Counted from the stretch's first letter, positions 10,687 through 22,230 are shown. The stretch: DNA of 61,446 nucleotides from Clostridiaceae bacterium DTU059 (GCA_001512555.1 LFSK01000156.1:2695-64140), one strand, 5' to 3'. The notes: generated by a model not told the origin, from the letters alone. A program made the numbers and translations.

Positions 10687-11304
10687 ATGTCTGTTTTATA
10701 CCGTTATGTACCAGCAGATAGCATACGCGACATCATCGATTGCGGTATCAAGCTTTCCCAGTGGTACGATCGGGAGCTGGATTTCGGTGATCCCCTGGGG
10801 CGGCGGAAGGTTATGCGTGCATTGATCAATCCCTGGGATGATCCTGATAAATCCAGGGATAAATCCTATCGCTGCATAAGGCTTGATCTGGACCCCTCGG
10901 AATGCCGGGTGGGTGATTCAGACCTCTATCGGATGGGTCTTGTTGAACCATCCCTGATGGAGCGTTATCTGAGGACATTGGTGCCGCTCTCCGATTATCG
11001 GTTCGGGGTTTTCAGAAATCCTGAATGCCTTGTTTTCACATCTATCCTGCCTGACCAGATTGAAGTAACAGGCAAAGTGCAGGATACACCGGTATTGTTT
11101 GAAAGCTCGGAGTCGCTGTACCTGGGTAATCTTCTGGAACAGGTTGAACAGCAGCATCAGGATTCGGGCAATACCCTGATCTATGCTTATTGCTGCTATC
11201 GTGAATCAAAGGGAAGCATGTACCGCATGGAAAACCAGGAACTGGGGATTACAGTTTTCGTGGATCCCGAAACCGATGCTTACATTGTCACCAGAACCCC
11301 TTGA
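10687..11304 (+). CDS. Hypothetical protein, possible ADP-ribosyltransferase-like fold
   Basis: gaggg RBS before ATG 10687; 205 aa; LYRY..IIDCGIK and PECLVFTSILPDQIE patterns. The fold call is inference. Confidence 0.65.
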   Translation: MSVLYRYVPADSIRDIIDCGIKLSQWYDRELDFGDPLGRRKVMRALINPWDDPDKSRDKSYRCIRLDLDPSECRVGDSDLYRMGLVEPSLMERYLRTLVPLSDYRFGVFRNPECLVFTSILPDQIEVTGKVQDTPVLFESSESLYLGNLLEQVEQQHQDSGNTLIYAYCCYRESKGSMYRMENQELGITVFVDPETDAYIVTRTP

Positions 11305-11335
11305 TGATGGAGGAGTTATTATAGATAAGAAGGAA

Positions 11336-12334
11336 ATGAAACGCAACGACCCTGTCAGTAGCGGAGACATTCTTTCCCTGCTTGCCGCCAGAGACGGTTA
11401 CGTCTCCGGGGCTTTTTTAAGCAGAGAACTGAACATCTCAAGGACAGCGGTATGGAAAAGGATTGCAGCCCTGAAGAAGGAAGGCTATCTAATCGATGCT
11501 TCCACGAAGAAGGGTTATCGGTTGTTGTCGAATGAGGCCTGCTATGGAAAGTCGGGCATACAAAGCCTGCTCAAGACAGAGTCTTTAGGGCTGGATATAC
11601 GTTTTTATGAATCGGTGGAGTCCACAAACAATCTTTTGAAGAGCCTGGCTCATGCCGGAGCGGCGCATGGAACCGTGGTTATAGCAAATGAGCAAACCCG
11701 TGGCCGCGGCCGGTTGGGAAGGGCATGGGAATCAATGGCCGACAAAGGGATATGGATGTCGGTTCTTTTACGACCCCCGCTTCACCCCGGCAGTGTTCAG
11801 ACCATCACCCTTGCTGTGGCTGTTGCTGTATGCAGGGCCATCGAGCCCCTGCTTGACGAAAAACCCGGCATTAAATGGCCAAACGATATCCTGATTGGTG
11901 GCAGGAAGGTCTGTGGTATCCTGACAGAGCTCTCGGCTGAGGCCGAAAGGGTCTCATGGGTGATTGCAGGGATTGGCCTTAACACCCACTCTTCCCTTGA
12001 GGATTTTCCACCCGAACTGAGAAACAAAGCCACATCGCTGGAGTTGCATCTTAGGCAGGGCGGATCGGCGGATCGCACACGCCTGGCAGCAGAGATACTT
12101 AACCAACTTGAATCGGTTTATGACAGTTTTTTAGAGAACGGACCGGACCCCATGCTCATGGAATGGCGGCAGCGCTCCATAACCCTTGGGCGTGTGGTGG
12201 AACTGGTTCAGGGACAGGAAACATTACGGGGGAAGGCCTTGGATATCGGAGCGGACGGTAGGCTGAAGGTACAGTTGGAAGATGGCAGTGTTCGTGAGCT
12301 TTTTTCAGGAGAGATCAGCCTGCGCTACGATTAA
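11336..12334 (+). CDS. birA: Bifunctional biotin ligase / biotin repressor
   Basis: HTH (ISRTAVWKRI), STN, QTRGRGRLGRAW, KWPNDI, KVCGIL; start uncertain. Confidence 0.95.
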   Translation: MKRNDPVSSGDILSLLAARDGYVSGAFLSRELNISRTAVWKRIAALKKEGYLIDASTKKGYRLLSNEACYGKSGIQSLLKTESLGLDIRFYESVESTNNLLKSLAHAGAAHGTVVIANEQTRGRGRLGRAWESMADKGIWMSVLLRPPLHPGSVQTITLAVAVAVCRAIEPLLDEKPGIKWPNDILIGGRKVCGILTELSAEAERVSWVIAGIGLNTHSSLEDFPPELRNKATSLELHLRQGGSADRTRLAAEILNQLESVYDSFLENGPDPMLMEWRQRSITLGRVVELVQGQETLRGKALDIGADGRLKVQLEDGSVRELFSGEISLRYD

Positions 12335-12443
12335 TTGAACAAGGCTTAAACTGGGTCTTTAACCTTTTATGGGATTGTTATATGATAGTGAAGATTGGGC
12401 TTGCATTAACCCCAACACGGGAAATATGAGACGGGAGGTAGTT

Positions 12444-12851
12444 ATGGAACACCAGAACAATCATAGAGAAAACAATGACAACCAGAACAACCGCAGACCG
12501 GACAACAGGAGACGGTCATACAACAGGAATCACAGTGGACAGGAAAAAAAGACTTCCATCACTCGAATTGGTTCGGGCAGCAGAAACCGCGGACATTCCA
12601 ACGGGCAAACTGCCGGCGCAAAGAGCAGGGATCCGCAGAAGAACAATGACAATATGGGCAGGGAAAGCTCAGATCATCGCCACGGCAGGATCTCCAGGAA
12701 GAACAACCGATCCCACTACGATCATCTCAATCGCTCCATCAGGGCAAAGCGTGAGGAGACGGTGGATGATATCCGGGCTGATATCGAGCAGTTGGAAAAA
12801 GATATCCAGTTTGAAATCAAGCAAATCAAAAGCATTAAGCTTGGGCTGTAA
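12444..12851 (+). CDS. Hypothetical Asn/Arg-rich disordered protein with C-terminal coiled coil
   Basis: ggaggt RBS, ATG 12444; low-complexity N-terminus; EETVDDIRADIEQLEKDIQFEIKQIK tail. Confidence 0.7.
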   Translation: MEHQNNHRENNDNQNNRRPDNRRRSYNRNHSGQEKKTSITRIGSGSRNRGHSNGQTAGAKSRDPQKNNDNMGRESSDHRHGRISRKNNRSHYDHLNRSIRAKREETVDDIRADIEQLEKDIQFEIKQIKSIKLGL

Positions 12852-12889
12852 TATGATCCAAAACCCGGCTTGGAAAGGTTTGGTTCGCT

Positions 12890-13714
12890 ATGCTTCTTGT
12901 CATTGATGTGGGTAATACCAATACAGCCATAGGGGTTTATCAGGGAAGATCGCTGGTCGGGAACTGGCGTATATCCACCAGCAGGGAACGGACTTCCGAT
13001 GAAATCGGAATGCTGTTGCTGTCATTGCTGAAACATGCGGGGATCAGTCCCGAAATGCTTTCGGATGTGATCATGTGTACGGTGGCGCCTCCTGTTATGC
13101 ATGCCATGTCAAACGCCATAAAAAATTACCTGGATAAAAAGCCCATTATTGTGGAGCCGGGCATTAAGACAGGTGTTAATATTAAATATGAAAACCCGCG
13201 GGAGGTTGGCTCAGATAAAATTGTCAACGCTGCCGCAGCTCTCAGGCTCTACGGTGGTCCGGTTATAATTGTTGATTTTGGCACGGCCACCACCTTTTGT
13301 GCCGTCAATTCCAAACGGGATTATCTTGGAGGGGTGATATGCCCCGGTATAAAGATCTCTGCTGAAGCCCTTTTTGACAAGGCATCCAAGCTTCCGAGAA
13401 TAGAGATTATCAAGCCCAGGCATATTATCGGAAGAACCACCGTAACCAGTATGCAATCTGGAATAGTGCACGGTTATGTTGGGCAGGTGGATCATATTGT
13501 CGATCTGATGAAGCAGGAAATGACCGAACAGGGAATACGGGTTGTAGCAACCGGGGGCATGGCCAGGCTCATCGCATCGGAATCCAAAACCATAGATGAA
13601 GTAAATCCATTTTTATCCTTGCAAGGGCTTCAGTTTATCTATGAAATGAATAATCCCAAACGAAACGAATCAGATTTGAGCAAATCCGAAGAAATTATTA
13701 GAAAACGCGAGTAA
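12890..13714 (+). CDS. coaX: Type III pantothenate kinase
   Basis: LLVIDVGNTN, VGSD, IIVDFGTATT, GGVICPG, ATGG. Confidence 0.95.
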   Translation: MLLVIDVGNTNTAIGVYQGRSLVGNWRISTSRERTSDEIGMLLLSLLKHAGISPEMLSDVIMCTVAPPVMHAMSNAIKNYLDKKPIIVEPGIKTGVNIKYENPREVGSDKIVNAAAALRLYGGPVIIVDFGTATTFCAVNSKRDYLGGVICPGIKISAEALFDKASKLPRIEIIKPRHIIGRTTVTSMQSGIVHGYVGQVDHIVDLMKQEMTEQGIRVVATGGMARLIASESKTIDEVNPFLSLQGLQFIYEMNNPKRNESDLSKSEEIIRKRE

Positions 13715-13815
13715 TAGTGAGATATTTTCGCCAAACCGGGAATAATTATTGGTATTCAATGGAATTCTAAAAATATGCCCATTTGATTATGATAATGAAA
13801 TTGTTTAATATTGTA

Positions 13816-13842
13816 TTAGCACTCAACAGCGTTGAGTGCTAA
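13816..13842 (+). promoter_or_regulatory. CIRCE element (HrcA operator)
   Basis: Perfect TTAGCACTC-N9-GAGTGCTAA upstream of groES; promoter ttgatt-N17-taatat at 13783-13811. Confidence 0.97.
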
Positions 13843-13853
13843 CAAGCAAATAA

Positions 13854-15813
<1,960 letters not shown>

Positions 15814-15858
15814 TCGGGTAGAGTTAATTAATATTCTCTCCGGTAATAGAGAACACAG

Positions 15859-15897
15859 GAGAAACACCCGTCCGGCAACTGCCGGCGGGTGTTTCTC
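15859..15897 (+). terminator. Hairpin/terminator after groEL
   Basis: gagaaacacccg...cgggtgtttctc inverted repeat. Confidence 0.7.
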
Positions 15898-15944
15898 GTA
15901 TACAGCATCTTGCAGGGGACTCATAAAAGACTTATAATACATAC

Positions 15945-16130
15945 ATAATCAAATAGTGCATGACGGTGCATGAAAATGCCTGCACAATGTGCATCGAGGG
16001 AAGCGGGTGAAAATCCCGCACTGTCCCAGCAACCGTGAAGCTGACAAGACGGCGAATGCCACTGGATTGATAATCTGGGAAGGCGCCGCTCGAGGATGAA
16101 GCGAAGTCGGTAGACCTGCCGCCATGTTTG
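15945..16130 (+). ncRNA. Cobalamin riboswitch
   Basis: agggaagcgggtgaaaatcccgcactgtccc, gcaaccgtga, gccactgg..gggaaggc, agtcggtagacctgcc; promoter ttgcag-N17-tataat at 15910-15938; upstream of a B12-type ABC transporter. Confidence 0.95.
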
Positions 16131-16192
16131 GTTTCTTCTGGGTAAAGAGCAAGCTGCAGAGGGCTTGTTGATCGGATTGTACGAATGATCCG

Positions 16193-16222
16193 ACCCGCTT
16201 TGAAGAAAGCGGGTTTTTTATT
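16193..16222 (+). terminator. Riboswitch expression-platform terminator
   Basis: acccgcttt-gaag-aaagcgggt followed by a T run in the leader. Confidence 0.85.
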
Positions 16223-16287
16223 GAAATCAGCATCGCCTTGAAGAAACACCTATTTGAAGAGTTAATATCTTTGGAGGTGTTTTTTTG

Positions 16288-17190
16288 ATGAAGAGAATGC
16301 TATCCCTGTTGATGACCGTTATGCTGCTCCTGGCTATTACTGGCTGTGGCGCAGCATCCACCGGCGAAGGAGTCCGTATCATGGACAGCAGAGGGGTTGA
16401 GGTTATCTTTGACTCTGTACCCCGGTCAATCGTATCCCTGAGCCCGGCAAACACCGAAATACTCTATGCCCTGGGCGCGGGGGATCAGATTATTGCTGTC
16501 AGTGAATACTGCAACTATCCTGAGGACACCGGAAACAAGCAAAAGCTTCCCACGGGAGAGAAGCTGAATATTGAGGCTTTGATCTCCCTGAATCCTGGTG
16601 TTGTTTTTTTGAGCCAAATGGGTGCCATGGAAGACCAGCTAGGGCAACTGGAGAATGCCGGGATCAAGGTGGTCGTTACCGAGGCCAACAGCCTTGATGA
16701 AACCTATGAAATTATCAGAATGATCGGGCAGGCTACAGGAAAGAGCAAGGAAGCCGACGAGCTGGTAAGCAGCATGCAGGAAAGCTTTGAAGCCCTGAAG
16801 GAAGAAGCCCGGGGAATATCTCAGAAGAGTGTGTATGTGGAGGTCTCCCCCCTACAGTACGGGCTGTGGTCCTGCGGCCGGGAAACCTTTGTGCAGGAAC
16901 TCTTGGATATTATAGGGGCAAAGAATATATTTGATGATACAACAGGTTGGAGTGCCGTATCAGAGGAACAGGTAATTGAGAGAAATCCCGACATCATTAT
17001 AACCACTGCAAGCCCGTTGACAGGAATTGAAGACCCTGTGGGAGATATAACCGGACGGGCTAACTGGGCGGAGATCAACGCGGTTAAGAAGGGCCAGGTC
17101 TATATGCTGGATGGGGACATGCTGAGCAGGCCCGGACCGAGGCTGGTGGAAGCAGCCAGGGAATTGATGGGAACCATGGATGAGTTATAA
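16288..17190 (+). CDS. btuF: Cobalamin ABC transporter substrate-binding lipoprotein (BtuF-like)
   Basis: Lipobox ITGC; IVSLSPANTEILYALG, SRPGPRL; riboswitch context. Confidence 0.88.
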   Translation: MKRMLSLLMTVMLLLAITGCGAASTGEGVRIMDSRGVEVIFDSVPRSIVSLSPANTEILYALGAGDQIIAVSEYCNYPEDTGNKQKLPTGEKLNIEALISLNPGVVFLSQMGAMEDQLGQLENAGIKVVVTEANSLDETYEIIRMIGQATGKSKEADELVSSMQESFEALKEEARGISQKSVYVEVSPLQYGLWSCGRETFVQELLDIIGAKNIFDDTTGWSAVSEEQVIERNPDIIITTASPLTGIEDPVGDITGRANWAEINAVKKGQVYMLDGDMLSRPGPRLVEAARELMGTMDEL

Positions 17191-17239
17191 CCGGTGTGGT
17201 TTATACAGATAACTATGACGCAAAAAGGAGGAGGGTCAG

Positions 17240-18307
17240 GTGCCGGATACCGGAGGCAGACTGCCTGAAAGCAAACGGAGCCTGTGGGTATACCCGCTGA
17301 GTGTCATACTGTTTGCAGGGGTACTGTTCATAGCTGTTTCCCTTGGAAGTGTCCAGGTATCGCTCTCCGATACTTGGAATATCCTGCTCAAATACCTTTT
17401 TGGGAAAGGGAATATGGCAGAAATACAGAGTGGCACTGAAACCATCATAGCCATGGTGCGATTGCCCCGCGTCCTGCTGGCTGCCATGACCGGCGGCGCT
17501 CTTTCCCTGGCGGGGGCTGTGATGCAAAGCCTTCTGAAAAATCCCCTGGCCGATGGTTCCACCCTTGGTGTCTCTTCAGGCGGAGCCCTGGGCGCCGTAT
17601 TGTCCATTGTACTGGGCATCCGCTTCAGCTTTTTCCCTGAATTGGGACTGACCCTGAGCAGCATCGCCTTTTCCTTCCTGTCACTGATATTCATCCTGAC
17701 ACTGACTTACAAGATAGACAACAGCCTTTCTACCAACACCATTATCCTTACCGGTGTAATCTTCTCCATGCTTGCAGGCAGCATCACCAGCCTGTTGGTT
17801 GTGCTGTCAGGTGACAGCCTGAAGCAGGTGGTGTTCTGGTCCATGGGATCCTTCTCGGGAAAGGGCTGGAATCATGTGATTCTGATGGCCCCGGTCTTTC
17901 TGATTGGCAGTCTGGTAATAATCACTTTCTCAAAGGAGCTTAACGCCTTTTCCCTTGGAGAGGAGCAGGCGCGCTATATAGGGGTGGATACAAAGACCGT
18001 CAAGATGGTCCTATTGGTTCTGGTTGCTGTCCTCATCGGGGTGTCGGTATCTGTAAGCGGTACCATAGGATTTGTGGGTCTTGTGATACCTCATATCACC
18101 AGAATGATCACGGGATCGGATCATAGAAAGCTGCTGCCCGCATCCCTGATTGTGGGCGGGGTATTCATGGTCTTGACCGACCTTCTGTCAAGAACACTGT
18201 TAAGTCCGGAAGAGTTTCCTGTGGGCGTTGTAACCTCTTTTACGGGTGCTGTTATATTTATTGTCATATTCTATCGATACAACAACCGGTCAGCCAGAAA
18301 ATATTAG
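17240..18307 (+). CDS. btuC: Cobalamin ABC transporter permease (FecCD/BtuC family)
   Basis: RLPRVLLA, NPLAD, GVSSGG, GTIGFVGLVIPH. Confidence 0.88.
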   Translation: MPDTGGRLPESKRSLWVYPLSVILFAGVLFIAVSLGSVQVSLSDTWNILLKYLFGKGNMAEIQSGTETIIAMVRLPRVLLAAMTGGALSLAGAVMQSLLKNPLADGSTLGVSSGGALGAVLSIVLGIRFSFFPELGLTLSSIAFSFLSLIFILTLTYKIDNSLSTNTIILTGVIFSMLAGSITSLLVVLSGDSLKQVVFWSMGSFSGKGWNHVILMAPVFLIGSLVIITFSKELNAFSLGEEQARYIGVDTKTVKMVLLVLVAVLIGVSVSVSGTIGFVGLVIPHITRMITGSDHRKLLPASLIVGGVFMVLTDLLSRTLLSPEEFPVGVVTSFTGAVIFIVIFYRYNNRSARKY

Positions 18308-18359
18308 AATGCGGGATAAAGACCCAAAAGATTTGAAAAAGATTAAACCGGGAGGCATC

Positions 18360-19115
18360 ATGCTTGATATTCAGAACATGAGTGTCCATTTAGATCATAA
18401 GACCATAGTGGATGGGGTTACCTTCCATGTTGATGAGAATGATTTTTTTATGTTGATAGGCCCCAATGGTGCTGGTAAAAGCACATTGATTAAAGCCATC
18501 ATGCGTATTTACAGCTATAAGGGCAGGGTTCTTCTCAACGGGCGCGAAATCTCCACCATAAGACCCAAATCCCTGGCCTCCCTGGTGGGTGTGCTGGCTC
18601 AGGAGCATCAGCCCCGGTTTCCCCATACCGTTTATGAAGTGGTCAGCCTTGGAAGGTATGCTCATATGCGGGGTCTTTTCGGTATGCTCGGCCAAAAGGA
18701 CAGGGACAAGATCGAGGAAGCCCTTACCATCACAGGCATGGATCATATGGCGGATCAATCGGTGCTGACCCTTTCAGGGGGTGAACTGCAGAGGGTCTAC
18801 CTGGCGCAGCTTTTGGCTCAGGATCCGAGCCTTCTCATTCTGGACGAGCCGGCCAACCATCTGGATATCAAGTATCAGATAACCATGTTTGATATCATTA
18901 AAAAGTGGTCAAAAGCCCGGGGTAAAGCGGTTCTTGCAGTGGTACACGATCTCAACACTGCCTTCTGCTATGGAACCCGGGCTCTTCTCATGCATGAGGG
19001 AAGGGTATATGCTCAGGGGAAGGTCAGCCAGGTACTGACCCGTGACAATCTGAAAGCAGTCTATTCTGTGGATGTGGCTCAATGGATGACGGATCTTATG
19101 AAGCACTGGGGATGA
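18360..19115 (+). CDS. btuD: Cobalamin ABC transporter ATP-binding protein
   Basis: GPNGAGKST, LSGGELQR, LDEP, HDL; ggagg RBS before ATG 18360. Confidence 0.88.
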   Translation: MLDIQNMSVHLDHKTIVDGVTFHVDENDFFMLIGPNGAGKSTLIKAIMRIYSYKGRVLLNGREISTIRPKSLASLVGVLAQEHQPRFPHTVYEVVSLGRYAHMRGLFGMLGQKDRDKIEEALTITGMDHMADQSVLTLSGGELQRVYLAQLLAQDPSLLILDEPANHLDIKYQITMFDIIKKWSKARGKAVLAVVHDLNTAFCYGTRALLMHEGRVYAQGKVSQVLTRDNLKAVYSVDVAQWMTDLMKHWG

Positions 19116-19123
19116 AGCGCCAT

Positions 19124-20503
19124 CTATTTCCCGTCAAAGAGCGCCTTGCCATTGGTTCTTATGATGTTGGAGTACCATCGGGCAGAATCCTTAATGGTTC
19201 GCTTGAGGGTTTCGAAATCCACATACACCAGCCCGAAGCGTTTATCGTAGCCCTTAGCCCATTCGAAATTATCGAAGATTGACCATTGGAAATAACCCCT
19301 TACATCCACGCCGTCGCCAATGACCCGGTTAAGTTCCAGCAGATACCGTTGCAGAAAATCAATTCTTTGCGGATCGTGCACCTTTCCGTCCAGTGAGACC
19401 CAGTCCTGATTGGCAAGTCCGTTTTCGGTAATATAGATGGGTAGCTTATAGCGTTCATAGTAGAAACGCGGTCCCCAGTAAAGGCTTTGAGGAGTAACGT
19501 CCCATCCGATATTGGTTCGGGGCATGCCTGCTTTATAGGGAACTATTTCGGGCTTTCCGTCCGATCCTCTCTGTACCTGGGATGAGTTATAAATATTCAA
19601 TCCCAGAAAATCGATGGGCTGTGCCATGGTCTGGAAATCATCAGAACCTATCTTAGGAACCAAATCCTGATATGTGCTGTAATAGGCATCGGGATAGTGT
19701 CCAAAAAGCATGGGATCAAACCAGAGACCGGCACTCCACAGGCCGTGACTCCTGCCGTTGAAACCAAAGATGGCCTGTCTGGCCGCTTCGATATCATCCG
19801 GGCTTTGGGTATGGGGCAGGAAGGTGGTTCCCACCATGGCAAGGCCAACATGGGGTCTGGTTTTTGCGCAACTGCGTATAACCTTCACCGATTCCCCGTG
19901 GGCGAGGAAAGTGTGGTGAGCCATGGCCAGAATGTCCTTCACCGGCATTTTTAAACCCGGCGCATGTTCCCCATAGAGGTGGCCAAGCAAGATAAAGCAT
20001 TGGGGCTCATTGAGAGTTATCCAGTTTTGAACCCGGTCGGAGAGCTTGTCCACAACAACCCTGGTGTATTCCGCGAACCACTTGGGACTGTCGGGGTTTA
20101 GCCAGCCGCCCTTTTCTAGCAGTGCCTGCGGGTATTCCCAGTGGAAAAGGGTTATATAGGGGGTTATGTTTTTGGCAAGCAAGGCATCCACTAATCTGTC
20201 GTAGAAATCCAGTCCGTCGGCATAGACTGATCCGGTACCGGCTGGAAGCACCCGCGGCCAGTTGATGGATAACCTGTAAACCGGGTATTCCAGTTCCGAC
20301 ATGATGGACACATCTTCTTCGTACCGGTGAAAATGATCGCAGGCCACATCTCCTGTATCATTGTTGGCTACAGCGCCTTCTTTTTTACAAAATTCATCCC
20401 AGACGCTCGGGCCCTTCAAGCCTTCATAGGCGGCCCCCTCTATTTGATACGACGATGCGGCAACTCCCCATACAAAATCGTGGGGAAAATGGGAACGTGA
20501 CAT
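19124..20503 (-). CDS. GH1 beta-glucosidase
   Basis: FVWGVAASSYQIEG, catalytic TLNEP and ITENG, DNFEWAKGY. Confidence 0.95.
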   Translation of the reverse strand: MSRSHFPHDFVWGVAASSYQIEGAAYEGLKGPSVWDEFCKKEGAVANNDTGDVACDHFHRYEEDVSIMSELEYPVYRLSINWPRVLPAGTGSVYADGLDFYDRLVDALLAKNITPYITLFHWEYPQALLEKGGWLNPDSPKWFAEYTRVVVDKLSDRVQNWITLNEPQCFILLGHLYGEHAPGLKMPVKDILAMAHHTFLAHGESVKVIRSCAKTRPHVGLAMVGTTFLPHTQSPDDIEAARQAIFGFNGRSHGLWSAGLWFDPMLFGHYPDAYYSTYQDLVPKIGSDDFQTMAQPIDFLGLNIYNSSQVQRGSDGKPEIVPYKAGMPRTNIGWDVTPQSLYWGPRFYYERYKLPIYITENGLANQDWVSLDGKVHDPQRIDFLQRYLLELNRVIGDGVDVRGYFQWSIFDNFEWAKGYDKRFGLVYVDFETLKRTIKDSARWYSNIIRTNGKALFDGK

Positions 20504-20536
20504 ACAATCTCCACCTTGTATCTAATAATTTCTTTT

Positions 20537-20596
20537 AGTATACTGAATATGGCAACATCTGTAAAATCAAAATCTTTATTATACTATCAATATCTT
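20537..20596 (-). promoter_or_regulatory. GH1 promoter with adjacent direct repeats (putative AraC operator)
   Basis: Minus strand tttaca-N17-tatact; atcaaaatctt (20566) and atcaatatctt (20586) repeat 20 bp apart and abut the -35. Confidence 0.6.
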
Positions 20597-20616
20597 ATTA
20601 TAATTTGGTGGAACTA

Positions 20617-21504
20617 ATGGATTTTATACACATTGACCTCAGTCAGATAAATCCCCGTGTATTGAAAGCCTATTATTACTCGGACGGGAAAAAGTACAAA
20701 AAGCCCCATGAGCTTAAGGAAAGATCAGTCTATGATTATGAGATCGAGCTCATCACCTATAGCGATGGCGGGATGTATATTGACAAGACATACCATCCTG
20801 TCTCCAGAGGGGATATCATTGTCAGAAGGCCGGGGCAGACCACAAAGGCTTTATTACCATACACCTGCTATGCGGTTATTCTGGATCTCATGGACAATAC
20901 GGGAAAGGACTCGGAAACATATGATTTCAACAAGGCTCAGGAATATCAGCAGAGTTATTCATGCCCGTCCCTGGATCGAATTCCGCCGGTTGTGAAGGCT
21001 TCTGCGTACGAACAGTATTCGGTTCTTTTTGATGCTATACTAAAGGAGCATATCAATCCCGGATCTGACTCAGCAACCCTTCTTAAGGGTTATTGCCTGC
21101 AATTACTATGCAGAATTTCAAGGGAGGCCATGCGCCCTGATGGTTATCAGGGGGATGGATCCGCTTATCGGACGTTAATAAGGAATGTTATCGAGTATGT
21201 TGAGCAGAATATTTCCAACAGGATTATGTTGAAGGATTTGGCTGCGGTAGCGGGTATGAGCCCAAATTATTTTCACCGGGTGTTTACCAGAGTAATGGGA
21301 ATGACCCCAAACGAATTTGTAATCTCAAAGAAGATGAATAGAGCCAGGGAGCTTCTGGCCACCACCAGTGAATCCATTGCAGACATATCCCTGGAATGCG
21401 GTTTTGAAAACATTGCCTATTTTTCTTATGTGTTCAAGCGTTATTCAGGAATAACGCCCAGTTCCTTCAGGGTAGCTTATTCCTACCCTCTCAGGCAGAC
21501 CTGA
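20617..21504 (+). CDS. AraC family transcriptional regulator
   Basis: C-terminal dual HTH (LKDLAAVAGMSPNYFHRVF, CGFENIAYFSYVFKR); divergent from GH1; start uncertain (20605-20617). Confidence 0.92.
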   Translation: MDFIHIDLSQINPRVLKAYYYSDGKKYKKPHELKERSVYDYEIELITYSDGGMYIDKTYHPVSRGDIIVRRPGQTTKALLPYTCYAVILDLMDNTGKDSETYDFNKAQEYQQSYSCPSLDRIPPVVKASAYEQYSVLFDAILKEHINPGSDSATLLKGYCLQLLCRISREAMRPDGYQGDGSAYRTLIRNVIEYVEQNISNRIMLKDLAAVAGMSPNYFHRVFTRVMGMTPNEFVISKKMNRARELLATTSESIADISLECGFENIAYFSYVFKRYSGITPSSFRVAYSYPLRQT

Positions 21505-21530
21505 AGTTATACAATGAAGGTGGTTAAAAG

Positions 21531-22136
21531 ATGTCAGATCATTATTATACTGAAAAACCAAAATCCGAGGTCAGGGAATGCCGCTTTGACTGGCGGATTG
21601 CCAGGAATACCCTTTCCTTTGTATCAGTGAGCGGGGTATTTGCTTATGGCTCCAGAGTCGACCGGGCTTCCGAGCTGCTCATCTCCAATTTCAAACCCTC
21701 GGGTGCACACCCTTCAGTTCTGGATATGGGCTGCGGCTATGGCCCCATTGCCCTGTTCATTAAAGCGCGATATCCACATCTTGACGTAACCGCTCTGGAT
21801 ATCAACGAACGGGCTGTGTATTATACCAAAAGAAATGCGGATATAAACAATCTCTATGTCCGGGTTATTAAAAGCGATCTGTACAGCGAAGTGGAGGGGC
21901 GGACATTTGGCGATATTGTATCCAATCCTCCCCTGGCCGCAGGCAAGGCTGTCACCTTTCGCCTGATACAGGAAGCGGTCCGCCATCTCTTCCCTGGAGG
22001 AGCACTCCAGATCGTAGCCTACCACAATAAGGGGGGCAAGTCGCTGAAAAAAATGATGGAGGAAACATTTGGAAACGTGGAGGATGTGGTCAAAAGCGGT
22101 GGCATCCGGGTATACCGTTCTGTGAAAATGCCCTGA
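21531..22136 (+). CDS. RsmC/YbxB-like SAM-dependent methyltransferase
   Basis: MSDHYYTEKP, SGVF, VLDMGCGYG, NPP motifs. Confidence 0.88.
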   Translation: MSDHYYTEKPKSEVRECRFDWRIARNTLSFVSVSGVFAYGSRVDRASELLISNFKPSGAHPSVLDMGCGYGPIALFIKARYPHLDVTALDINERAVYYTKRNADINNLYVRVIKSDLYSEVEGRTFGDIVSNPPLAAGKAVTFRLIQEAVRHLFPGGALQIVAYHNKGGKSLKKMMEETFGNVEDVVKSGGIRVYRSVKMP

Positions 22137-22200
22137 ACCGGGCTTATCCAAAGGAGGCTGTGCCGCTTCGCTACCGGACTGTCGTGCCGATAAAACCTGC

Positions 22201-22230
22201 TTGACAACGGAATGAATGCGGTGATACAAT
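22201..22230 (+). promoter_or_regulatory. SigA promoter of str operon
   Basis: ttgaca-N18-tacaat with extended TG. Confidence 0.75.

Noticed and set aside
12475-12906. Alternative-frame 143-aa ORF over the Asn/Arg-rich gene
   Set aside because: No RBS; the frame starting at 12444 has a strong ggaggt and a structured C-terminus
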